Of a stretch of DNA of 16,291 nucleotides, positions 8,963-15,885 are shown in pieces. Each line of letters opens with the position of its first letter. Position 1 is the stretch's first letter. Made by a program: the position numbers and the translations under genes. The DNA comes from Polyangiales bacterium (lineage in GTDB: Bacteria > Myxococcota_A > Polyangia > Polyangiales > Houyiibacteriaceae), in contig JBGCFM010000283.1 in the NCBI GenBank assembly GCA_045106895.1, positions 1 through 16,291 on the forward strand. The letters run 5' to 3'. Below the pieces are notes generated by a model. That model worked only from the letters and a program-made list of their open reading frames with translations, was not told the origin of the DNA and ran no database searches.

Positions 8963-9736
8963 ATGCCCGCCAACGCTCAGACTCGACCCGTAGCACTCGT
9001 CACCGGGGGCGCGAAGCGCATCGGACGCGCCATGTGCGAAGATCTCGCGAAACACGGCTTCGATGTCGCGGTGCACTACTCACTCTCGAGGCGCGAGGCC
9101 GAAGAATGTGTGGAGGCGCTCAAAGAACACGGAGCGAACGCCTGCGTTTTGCAGGCAGACCTAAGCGTATGGGACCAGACGGCCGCGCTCGTAGGCGCCG
9201 CGAGCGCGAGACTCGGTCCCGTGCAACTCCTCGTCAACAACGCCTCCCGCTTCCTGCCGGACGCGCTCACCCGCTTCGATGAAGCCACGTGGGACGCGCA
9301 CTTCAACCTCCACGTAAAGGCGCCGGCGCTGCTCACACAGACCTTCGCTGCAGAGCTGCCCGAGGGCAAAGAGGGACTCGTCGTCAACATCATCGACCAA
9401 CGTGTCTGGCGCGAAACGCCACTCTTCTTCTCCTACACGCTCTCCAAGAGCGCATTGTGGACCGCGACTCGCACGATGGCTCAGAGCCTGGCGCCTCGAA
9501 TTCGCGTCAACGCGATTGGTCCTGGCCCCACGCTTCAAAGCGACCGCCAGACCGATGAAGACTTCCGCGGACAGGTCGCGGCACTTCCACTGGGACGCTC
9601 GCCAACCTTCGCCGAGTTTGGTGCGACGTTGCGCTACCTGTGGGAGTCCCGATCCATCACGGGTCAGATGATCGCCCTCGACGGCGGCGCACACCTCGCG
9701 TGGCAGACGCCTCACGTCGCCGGCGTCATCGAATAG
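8963..9736 (+). CDS. SDR family oxidoreductase, FolM/pteridine reductase-like, 257 aa
   Basis: ATG at 8963 preceded by GAAGAGGG. Has TGGAKRIG (Arg variant of TGxxxGxG typical of pteridine reductases), NNAS, catalytic YTLSK, IRVNAIGPG and ITGQMIALDGG. Confidence 0.88.
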   Translation: MPANAQTRPVALVTGGAKRIGRAMCEDLAKHGFDVAVHYSLSRREAEECVEALKEHGANACVLQADLSVWDQTAALVGAASARLGPVQLLVNNASRFLPDALTRFDEATWDAHFNLHVKAPALLTQTFAAELPEGKEGLVVNIIDQRVWRETPLFFSYTLSKSALWTATRTMAQSLAPRIRVNAIGPGPTLQSDRQTDEDFRGQVAALPLGRSPTFAEFGATLRYLWESRSITGQMIALDGGAHLAWQTPHVAGVIE

Positions 9737-9775
9737 TGTCGGTCCGTCGCCACCCGTGCGTGCTAGAGCTTTTGT

Positions 9776-10312
9776 ATGACGCCTAGTCAGCTCGTCGACA
9801 CGCTCATCGCGTTGGACCCGCTCACGGATCTTCCGCGGACTGGCTGGGTTCTAAGCGGAGTCACAAGCCCCGAGAGCGTGGCCGCGCACTCCCACGCCGT
9901 CGCGGTGTGTGCGATGGGAATCGTCGATGCGCTGCGCGCCACGGGTGAGACCGTCGATGGGGAAGCCGTGCTCCGACTCGCCCTGCTCCATGACGCGGCG
10001 GAGGTCGCTACCGGCGACGTTCCTGGCCCCGCCAAGAGTCCCGCGCTCAAAGCAGCCCTCGTGGAGGTGGAAGCCGCAGCACTTCAGGTGCTCCTGCCTC
10101 CGGAGTGGGCGCAAGACACGACCCAGCCTGATTCGCGCGCGGCAGAGATCGTTCATGCGGCGGACAAAGTTCAGATGCTGGCCAAGGCGCTCTGCTACGA
10201 AAGAAGCGGGCGCGGCGCTCTGCGCCCGTTTTGGCAAAAGGAACATCACTCCAGCATTCCGTTTGTGAATGCACTCCACGCCGAGCTCCGCTCCAGAAGG
10301 ACTCCCTCATGA
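9776..10312 (+). CDS. HD-domain phosphohydrolase (YfbR/HDDC2-like 5'-deoxynucleotidase family), 178 aa
   Basis: LPRTGW...PESVAAHS, ALLHDAAE..TGD and VHAADK motifs. Confidence 0.85.
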   Translation: MTPSQLVDTLIALDPLTDLPRTGWVLSGVTSPESVAAHSHAVAVCAMGIVDALRATGETVDGEAVLRLALLHDAAEVATGDVPGPAKSPALKAALVEVEAAALQVLLPPEWAQDTTQPDSRAAEIVHAADKVQMLAKALCYERSGRGALRPFWQKEHHSSIPFVNALHAELRSRRTPS

Positions 10313-10932
10313 AGCTCGCCTGGTTCGCCCTCCTGTGTGTCGCCGGCTGCACGCAACCCAGCTCGGTCTCAACGTCAAGCGGCGGCGAGACAACAACAAG
10401 GCCCCCCGCCTTGGGCACACCGGTCGCGGGCACACCCGAATCGTCATCGAACGACGAGACCGAAACTGCGGGCGCACTCGGCGATCCTCCACCCACCGAT
10501 TCGAACGAGCCAGCGCACGACTCAGACACCCCCGCCGCGAACACATCGTCCACGGAGCCGGCAGTGGAGACGACGACGACACCACCGACGCCGCCCACGG
10601 TTCGGCCCACGACGATCCTCGCGCCGGCTCGCTCCGGTCGAGTTCGTCTCCCGGCGGTTCATGACGTGATCCGAGAGCATCGGCCGGAGGTGACGCGATG
10701 CTACCAAGAAGGCCTCTCTCGAAACCGCTCGCTCTCCGGCGTCGCCAAAGTGCGGTTCTTGATCGGCCCTCGCGGCCGAATTGAGAACGCCGAAGTGTAC
10801 GAGTCGTCTCTTCACGATGAGACCGTGGAGCAGTGCATCTTGTCGGCGATGCGAGAGTGGCGTTTTCCGCGCCCGCGCCCGCGCGGCTCCTCGGTCCTGA
10901 TGACGTACCCCTACTCCCTCGCCACAGAGTAG
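10309..10932 (+). CDS. Lipoprotein with Thr/Pro-rich linker and AgmX/PglI-type (TonB C-terminal-like) domain, 207 aa
   Basis: ATG at 10309 overlaps the HD gene stop (ATGA). Lipobox MKLAWFALLCVAGC, low-complexity T/P/S linker, and C-terminal VIREHRPEVTRCYQEGL...GVAKVRFLIGPRGRI...VEQCILSAMREWRFPRP...TYPY. Confidence 0.8.
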   Translation: MKLAWFALLCVAGCTQPSSVSTSSGGETTTRPPALGTPVAGTPESSSNDETETAGALGDPPPTDSNEPAHDSDTPAANTSSTEPAVETTTTPPTPPTVRPTTILAPARSGRVRLPAVHDVIREHRPEVTRCYQEGLSRNRSLSGVAKVRFLIGPRGRIENAEVYESSLHDETVEQCILSAMREWRFPRPRPRGSSVLMTYPYSLATE

Positions 10933-10998
10933 ACGTGAGGTGGCAGACGCGGGCCGCAGCAGCCGTGCATGGCGTCCAGAAGTGCTCTAAGCTGGCCC

Positions 10999-11175
10999 AT
11001 GCCCAAGTGCCAAGGTTGTAAGGAAGAGGCCGATGAACTTCAGCCCTTCAAAGTCGCAGGAAAACGTAAGAAGCTCTGTGAAGAGTGCCTGGAGCTCGCC
11101 GAAGAGCAGGCCGAGATCGCCGAAATGGGCGAGTCCGCGATGCAGGACATGATGGGCTACAAGGGCCGCTGGTAG
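10999..11175 (+). CDS. Small putative zinc-ribbon protein, 58 aa
   Basis: MPKCQGC...LCEEC (two CxxC pairs) followed by an acidic helical tail. TAAGCT lies 5 nt upstream of the ATG at 10999. Confidence 0.7.
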   Translation: MPKCQGCKEEADELQPFKVAGKRKKLCEECLELAEEQAEIAEMGESAMQDMMGYKGRW

Positions 11176-11297
11176 TAGAGCCTCAGCCTCCGGGGAAACG
11201 GCCCGGTACGAGGTAGGGAAACAGACGACACCGGGCGAGATATGAGAGGTCTCGACGAAAACGTCGAGCAGCCGGCGCCGAAGCGCGCATCCTAGGC

Positions 11298-11303
11298 TAT
11301 ACT
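11298..11303 (+). promoter_or_regulatory. Putative -10 element (TATACT) for a leaderless lipoprotein transcript
   Basis: Near-consensus TATACT 6 nt before the GTG at 11310, with no Shine-Dalgarno. Confidence 0.5.
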
Positions 11304-11309
11304 CGCTAC

Positions 11310-12845
11310 GTGAATCACTTCTGCGCCACCCTCCTCGGACTCGCACTCGTCGCTGGCTGTGCGAAGGGCAACGGGGACGCCATCGTCCACGTCAACCTTC
11401 GAACGGACTACGCAGCCGTCGCCGAGTGGGCTCAAGCGAGAATCGTGTTGGTCACTCCGGCTGGCGAAGAAGAGCATATCCACACCGCGTCGACGGCGGA
11501 CTACGTGAGCGGCGCGCGCGTTCACTCCTTCGAGGGCCTCGCCGAAGGAAGCTACGAGGTGCGCGCCGAGCTCATGACGGCCAACGGTCGCGAACTAGGT
11601 GCCCGTCGCCAGACCTTCACGTTGGTGGGAGAGACGTTTGCAACCATCCTCATCACTCGAAGCTGCGAGGGCGTCGTGTGCCCCATGAGCGACGCCGCGG
11701 CGACCGAATGCAGTGGTGGTCGATGCGTCCTGCCGGAGTGTTCGAATACAAACCTGGCCGCCTGCGAGAGCGGCTGCGTGGATGACACCGAGTGTGTCAG
11801 CTCCTCCGCGTGCGCGGCCGGAGTCTGCACGTCAGAGGGTGCGTGCATCTTCGAACCCGTCGAAGGTGTCTGCGCGGAGAATGAATACTGCGACAGCGAC
11901 CTTGGCTGCTTGTCAGTACCGGACGGCGACGCAGGCGTGATGGACTCCTCCGTGCCTGGCCGCGACGCGGGCACGCCTGACGCGGGCCCGCCTCCCTGCG
12001 ACCCTGTGTGTACCGGCTTCGACATCTGCGAAGACGGCGCGTGTGTGCCTTCGACGGGATGCCTCACGGAAGACGAGTGCGCGGACGGCCTCATCTGCCG
12101 AAACCGGCGCTGCGTTCCTCCCACCCAAGACGTCGATGGCGATGGATCCCCTGCCAGCGAAGACTGCAACGAGCTTCGGCCAGAGGCTTATCCGGGCGCA
12201 CCGGAGCTTTGCAACTCACTGGATGAGGACTGCGATGACCTCATCGACGAAGGCAACCCCGGCGTCCTGTGCACCGAAGAGGGCGGTGAGTGCATGAACG
12301 GAACCTGTGGCTGCCCAGCGGGCATGCTCGACATCGACGGCATCCCCGACACGGGCTGCGAGTGCGCCATCACGCCGGACGAGGGGCCTGCGGGCGGCGC
12401 GTGCGCGATGCCATTTGGCCTCGGCAGCCTCGCCGACAGTGGTCAAATGATGACCGTGAGCGGCAACGCGCTGCCGGTGGGACGCGAGATTTGGTACTCC
12501 GTCATCGGATCCGACAGCGCAGATACCGCGTGCGACACGTACAACTTCCGAGCGCGTTTCGCCGACAACCCAGGCGACGCCTTCCGCCTCGACGTCCGCC
12601 GCGGCGCATGTGGCGCGACGACATGCGACATGGCTGACGCCGGCTTCACTGAATACAGCTTCGCCACAAACTTTCGTGACGGCGCAGGCCTCGGCGAGTG
12701 CCCGTGCGCGGTGGCCCCGGGAGCCCCGGGACGGAACATCTGCTCCAACAACACGGCGACCTACTACATTCGTGTCTTCCGACGCCCCGGCGCGCCTGTG
12801 ACCTGCGCGCCCTACACGCTTCAGCTCAGCAACGGCATCGACTGA
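11310..12845 (+). CDS. Cys-rich myxobacterial-type lipoprotein with a MopE-like putative metal-binding motif, 511 aa
   Basis: Lipobox LGLALVAGC, many Cys-rich repeats, DAG linker repeats, and DVDGDG...EDCNE...YPGAPELCNSLDEDCDDLIDEG. Confidence 0.82.
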   Translation: MNHFCATLLGLALVAGCAKGNGDAIVHVNLRTDYAAVAEWAQARIVLVTPAGEEEHIHTASTADYVSGARVHSFEGLAEGSYEVRAELMTANGRELGARRQTFTLVGETFATILITRSCEGVVCPMSDAAATECSGGRCVLPECSNTNLAACESGCVDDTECVSSSACAAGVCTSEGACIFEPVEGVCAENEYCDSDLGCLSVPDGDAGVMDSSVPGRDAGTPDAGPPPCDPVCTGFDICEDGACVPSTGCLTEDECADGLICRNRRCVPPTQDVDGDGSPASEDCNELRPEAYPGAPELCNSLDEDCDDLIDEGNPGVLCTEEGGECMNGTCGCPAGMLDIDGIPDTGCECAITPDEGPAGGACAMPFGLGSLADSGQMMTVSGNALPVGREIWYSVIGSDSADTACDTYNFRARFADNPGDAFRLDVRRGACGATTCDMADAGFTEYSFATNFRDGAGLGECPCAVAPGAPGRNICSNNTATYYIRVFRRPGAPVTCAPYTLQLSNGID

Positions 12846-12854
12846 ACCAAGCCC

Positions 12855-13346
12855 GTGTCGTCCATCGACCTTCACGCGGACTCCCAAGCGCCACACGACT
12901 TCGTCACGAGTGCAGGCACTTTTGCGCGCACCCTTGAACGGCTCGAAGACGCCAAGTCGAAGGGTCTAAGCGTCGAAGTGCGCACCTGGCTGACGCGCGC
13001 GACATTCCGTCACCTCCAAGGAATGCCGCGTATCCTCAAGCAGGCTGACGTTCGCACCTGGCATCTTCATACGGTGCCTTGGGGCAATGAACCGGTGCCA
13101 CGCCTCGCGATGGCGTGGCCTCACGCGTTGCGCGCTGCGAAAGAAGCGGAGGCCGCTGGCATCACCGTGCTCGCCCACGGCGCGCCGCGTTGTGTACTTG
13201 GCCCCTACGCGAGGCTCGCGGCGAAGGAAGAGGCCTTGGCCTTCGGCGAAAAATGCCGTGGGTGCGCCGCGCAAGCGCAGTGCGCGGGCGTCGACGAAGG
13301 CTACCTGGCGCGTTTTGGCGATGAAGACCTTCGCGCCCTCGCCTAA
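12855..13346 (+). CDS. Stand-alone C-terminal half of an HxsC-like radical SAM protein, lacking CxxxCxxC (accessory subunit or gene remnant), 163 aa
   Basis: Begins SIDLHA...HDFVT..GTFARTL, matching SLH/SIHG...HD...GTFDKT in the neighbouring rSAMs. Ends APRC...CRGCAAQAQCAGVDEGYLARFGDEDL. An in-frame stop at 12843..12845 excludes an N-terminal extension. Confidence 0.72.
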   Translation: MSSIDLHADSQAPHDFVTSAGTFARTLERLEDAKSKGLSVEVRTWLTRATFRHLQGMPRILKQADVRTWHLHTVPWGNEPVPRLAMAWPHALRAAKEAEAAGITVLAHGAPRCVLGPYARLAAKEEALAFGEKCRGCAAQAQCAGVDEGYLARFGDEDLRALA

Positions 13347-13415
13347 CGAACCTTCAAGGCGCAGGTGTCTCGCTCGGTTTGACGCGAGGCGCGTTGGCCT
13401 AGATGGTCGGCGCCC

Positions 13416-14447
13416 ATGAAAAGACGCGCGACGACTTCGGGATACTGGACCCTCTACGCCTTGTGCATCGTCTGCGCGTGCGGAGAGTCCAGTCCTCGCC
13501 CGCAAAGTGCGATGGAAGCCTCCCCAAACCAGCCCCCCGCCGAAGAGCCCAGTCACCACGCGCCCTCGAACTCGGAGGCGATGGCTCAGAATCAGGAGAG
13601 TGCGGCGGCAACGCCTTCCTCGCCCACCGCGCTCAGTCAGGAGTGGTCGGCGAGCAAGGGGTGCTTCGGCCCCGAAGACCGTTGGTTGGTAGGAGTGCAT
13701 CGCACCCACTACGTGGTGCGGAATACTGAGGGCGGAAGGGTCATCGCCCGCGGGGAACTCGACGGTGATATCTCCGCTTGCGTGGTGGGGTCCGCGACGG
13801 ATGGACTCGAAGCGACCTTCGCGACGAGCCGCGGCGTGAGCGTCGTGGACCTCACGAGCGGGAGCGTCCTTCACCAGTGGCCCGACGAGAGCATCCTTAT
13901 CGTCGACACCTCGGACGATGGGCGCCGAATCCTCGTCGTCTCAGCGACCCCCTTCCTCGTTGACCTCGACGCTCCCCAGCCGCGTGTTCTCGCCCGGCGC
14001 CACGGCTACGACTTGTCCGCCGACGGGCGCCGAGTCGTGTCCTATTCCTACGACGATAAGAGCAGCGCAGAAGTATCGATGATCGATGAAGAGGCGACCT
14101 TTCAGGTGTCGCCTCCGCCCGGAGAGGCCCCTCGCTGGTATGCGTTCTTCGGAGAGAACATCGTGGTGGTGTACCGGCGGAAGATTCGCATCTTGGGTCC
14201 CGACGGGTCCATGCGGGGAGAGTGGCAGTCCGACGCGACGCTCACTTCGACGGCGGAGCGTGGAGAGATGTTCCTCGTCACGATGAGGGGCGACGCGGCC
14301 TCGTCTCAACGGGTGGTGGCGCTGAATACGAGGGCCACGGTGGTCGGCGATATTCAGGTACCCACCAATATCGGCCTCGCCCTCGGACATCGCCATGTTG
14401 CGGGCTTTCCCTCACGTGAGCGCGCGCTCATCCACAACATCCAATAG
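13416..14447 (+). CDS. Hypothetical lipoprotein, possibly beta-propeller-like, 343 aa
   Basis: Basic N-terminus plus hydrophobic stretch ending CIVCACG, a Pro/Ser-rich linker, and repeated SDDGRRILV / SADGRRVV beta-turn motifs. Confidence 0.62.
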   Translation: MKRRATTSGYWTLYALCIVCACGESSPRPQSAMEASPNQPPAEEPSHHAPSNSEAMAQNQESAAATPSSPTALSQEWSASKGCFGPEDRWLVGVHRTHYVVRNTEGGRVIARGELDGDISACVVGSATDGLEATFATSRGVSVVDLTSGSVLHQWPDESILIVDTSDDGRRILVVSATPFLVDLDAPQPRVLARRHGYDLSADGRRVVSYSYDDKSSAEVSMIDEEATFQVSPPPGEAPRWYAFFGENIVVVYRRKIRILGPDGSMRGEWQSDATLTSTAERGEMFLVTMRGDAASSQRVVALNTRATVVGDIQVPTNIGLALGHRHVAGFPSRERALIHNIQ

Positions 14448-14460
14448 TCGGGCGGCCTTG

Positions 14461-14474
14461 GCGGCGAAAGCCGC
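14461..14474. terminator. Short GC hairpin between convergent genes (possible weak terminator or pause site)
   Basis: GCGGC-GAAA-GCCGC in the 37-nt gap between the stops at 14447 and 14485. No clear U-tract. Confidence 0.25.
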
Positions 14475-14484
14475 GCACCGAAAG

Positions 14485-15573
14485 CTAAGCTTCGTCGACG
14501 ACGGGCTGCATCTCGTCCCAGCCGTACCTTGAGAGGTAGTTCCGCCAAACGCCTTCGCATACCGAGTCGTACTTACAGCTAGCGCACTCCGCGCGTTTTT
14601 CGCGCATGGCATCGTCCAGGTCCGAGCGCCGAATGCCTGAGACGCTCGCGCCGCCCGGCCCTTGGACGTCTTCGCCCTCGAGAGCAATGTCGTGGCCCGT
14701 GTCGCTTGGACCTTCGTAGTGTTTGTAACTCTCGACGAAGCCGCGGTTGAAGTCTGGAAGCGCGGTGGTGGTGCACGGCGGGATGTCGACGAGGAAAGCC
14801 ATCGGGCGCTCTTCGTCGCTGGCTTCGAGGAACACGCGCACCGTCTCAGAGATTTCGCTGTAACGCGGGAAGATGCGTTCAAAGTGAGTGTTTGCGCGCC
14901 CGTTCGCCTGCATCACGTTGAAGATCACCTGCTGCACGCCGAGGCCGCGGAGGAACGCGTAGATCTCGCCGACGTGCGGAAGATTGCGTTTCGTGATGAC
15001 GGTGCTGGTGTGCAGTTCGATGCCGTAGCGGCTCAGCGCCGCGATCTGGCGAATGCCCGCGACGGTCTGGTCGTAGGCCCCGGGCGTGCGAACGAGAGAG
15101 TCGTGGAGCTTCTCTGTGTGCCCGTGAATGCTGATGTAGAAGCGGTTGAGGCCGGCTTTGGCGAGGCCCTTGGCGAAGCGTTCGTACCCCAAGGCGCGAC
15201 CGTTCGTCATGATGCTGATCTTGGGAACGCCGGCGGCCTTCGCCATCTTCACCCAGTGGGGCAAGCGGCGGTTCGTCGTGGGTTCGCCGGAGGTGAAGCA
15301 GATTTCTTCACAGCCTGCATGTTCCCGCAGAATCCACTCAACGAGCTCGTCGTCTGTGCGCGCGTTGGTGACCTTCCGGCCGTCTCGATCTTCTTCCATG
15401 CAGAAGATGCAGTTGTTGTTGCAAACCGTGCCCGTCAGAACGTGAACGCGCTCGCTCTTCGTACGAATACGCTCGCGAAAGCCGCGCTCGCCATCGTTGA
15501 CGTTCTGTTTTTCAACGCCACCTTTGAGAACAGGCAGGCGGCGGTTTTGGGTGGGGCTGGCTTCGCTTACCAC
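14485..15573 (-). CDS. His-Xaa-Ser system radical SAM maturase (HxsC-like), about 362 aa
   Basis: Likely GTG start at 15573 overlapping the precursor stop (GTGGTAA). Motifs CNNNCIFC, TSGEPT, MTNGR, ISIHGH and IPPC...CASCKYDSVCEG. Directly downstream of the HxS-repeat ORF. Confidence 0.9.
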   Translation of the reverse strand: MVSEASPTQNRRLPVLKGGVEKQNVNDGERGFRERIRTKSERVHVLTGTVCNNNCIFCMEEDRDGRKVTNARTDDELVEWILREHAGCEEICFTSGEPTTNRRLPHWVKMAKAAGVPKISIMTNGRALGYERFAKGLAKAGLNRFYISIHGHTEKLHDSLVRTPGAYDQTVAGIRQIAALSRYGIELHTSTVITKRNLPHVGEIYAFLRGLGVQQVIFNVMQANGRANTHFERIFPRYSEISETVRVFLEASDEERPMAFLVDIPPCTTTALPDFNRGFVESYKHYEGPSDTGHDIALEGEDVQGPGGASVSGIRRSDLDDAMREKRAECASCKYDSVCEGVWRNYLSRYGWDEMQPVVDEA

Positions 15574-15779
15574 GAGCCGTGGGAGCCGTGACTTCCGTGG
15601 GAGCCGTGACTTCCGTGGGAGCAATGCTGTGCGCCGCGCTGCGCGCCACCCATCAATCCGCCGCCTTCGTCTGCGTTCTTACGTGCTCGTTCCGAGAGTT
15701 CGCGCTGCTGAACGTTGAGTCCACCGGCGGCGTCTTTGTCGAAAGAGGGGAGCTCGTCCCAGTCGTCGGCTTCGGCCAT
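15567..15779 (-). CDS. hxsA: His-Xaa-Ser repeat peptide (HxsA-like putative RiPP precursor), 70 aa
   Basis: MAEADDWDELPSFDKDAAGGLNVQQRELSERARKNADEGGGLMGGAQRGAQ-HCS-HGS-HGS-HGS-HGS-HGS-W-stop. Uses Met50 of ORF 15567..15926, has an extended -10 box 6 nt upstream, and overlaps the rSAM start. The symbol is by analogy to the HxS-repeat family, not demonstrated orthology. Confidence 0.85.
   Translation of the reverse strand: MAEADDWDELPSFDKDAAGGLNVQQRELSERARKNADEGGGLMGGAQRGAQHCSHGSHGSHGSHGSHGSW
15577..15622. repeat. 18-bp tandem repeat (about 2.5 copies) encoding the HGS repeats
   Basis: CCGTGGGAGCCGTGACTT at 15577..15594 and 15595..15612, plus CCGTGGGAGC at 15613..15622. Confidence 0.95.
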
Positions 15780-15785
15780 GGCGAG

Positions 15786-15794
15786 ACTGTAGCA
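15786..15794 (-). promoter_or_regulatory. Putative extended -10 element (TGC-TACAGT) for the leaderless precursor-rSAM transcript
   Basis: The minus strand reads TGCTACAGT ctcgcc ATG(15779), with no Shine-Dalgarno. Confidence 0.55.
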
Positions 15795-15885
15795 AAAAGT
15801 CGAGGAGGCAGCATCCTTTGCGAGGAACACGGCGTTTTCTGTGGGGTTTCGACGGCGATCGCCCAACAGCAGACTAGAAGCACCG

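Noticed and set aside
9761..9769. TGC-TAGAGC upstream of the HD gene as an extended -10 box
   Set aside because: Spacing fits but it lacks the conserved final T, so it is too weak to call.
11310..12845. Cys-rich protein as a ranthipeptide or sactipeptide substrate of the rSAMs
   Set aside because: It is a large lipoprotein with typical disulfide-rich extracellular repeats; the HxS peptide is a far better substrate candidate.
12843..12854. TGA readthrough or selenocysteine fusing the lipoprotein to the in-frame half-rSAM
   Set aside because: No convincing SECIS hairpin, and fusing an exported lipoprotein to a cytoplasmic Fe-S domain is implausible; sharing a frame has a one-in-three chance.
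14662..15591. 309-aa plus-strand ORF
   Set aside because: Antisense shadow of the rSAM gene.
15577..15622. Tandem repeat as a CRISPR array
   Set aside because: No spacers, a unit of only 18 bp, no cas genes, and it is explained by peptide coding.
15574..15624. N-terminal extension MLPRKSRLPRKSRLPRL of the rSAM ORF
   Set aside because: It is the alternative-frame reading of the HGS repeat from a TTG; the GTG at 15573 overlapping the precursor stop is more plausible.
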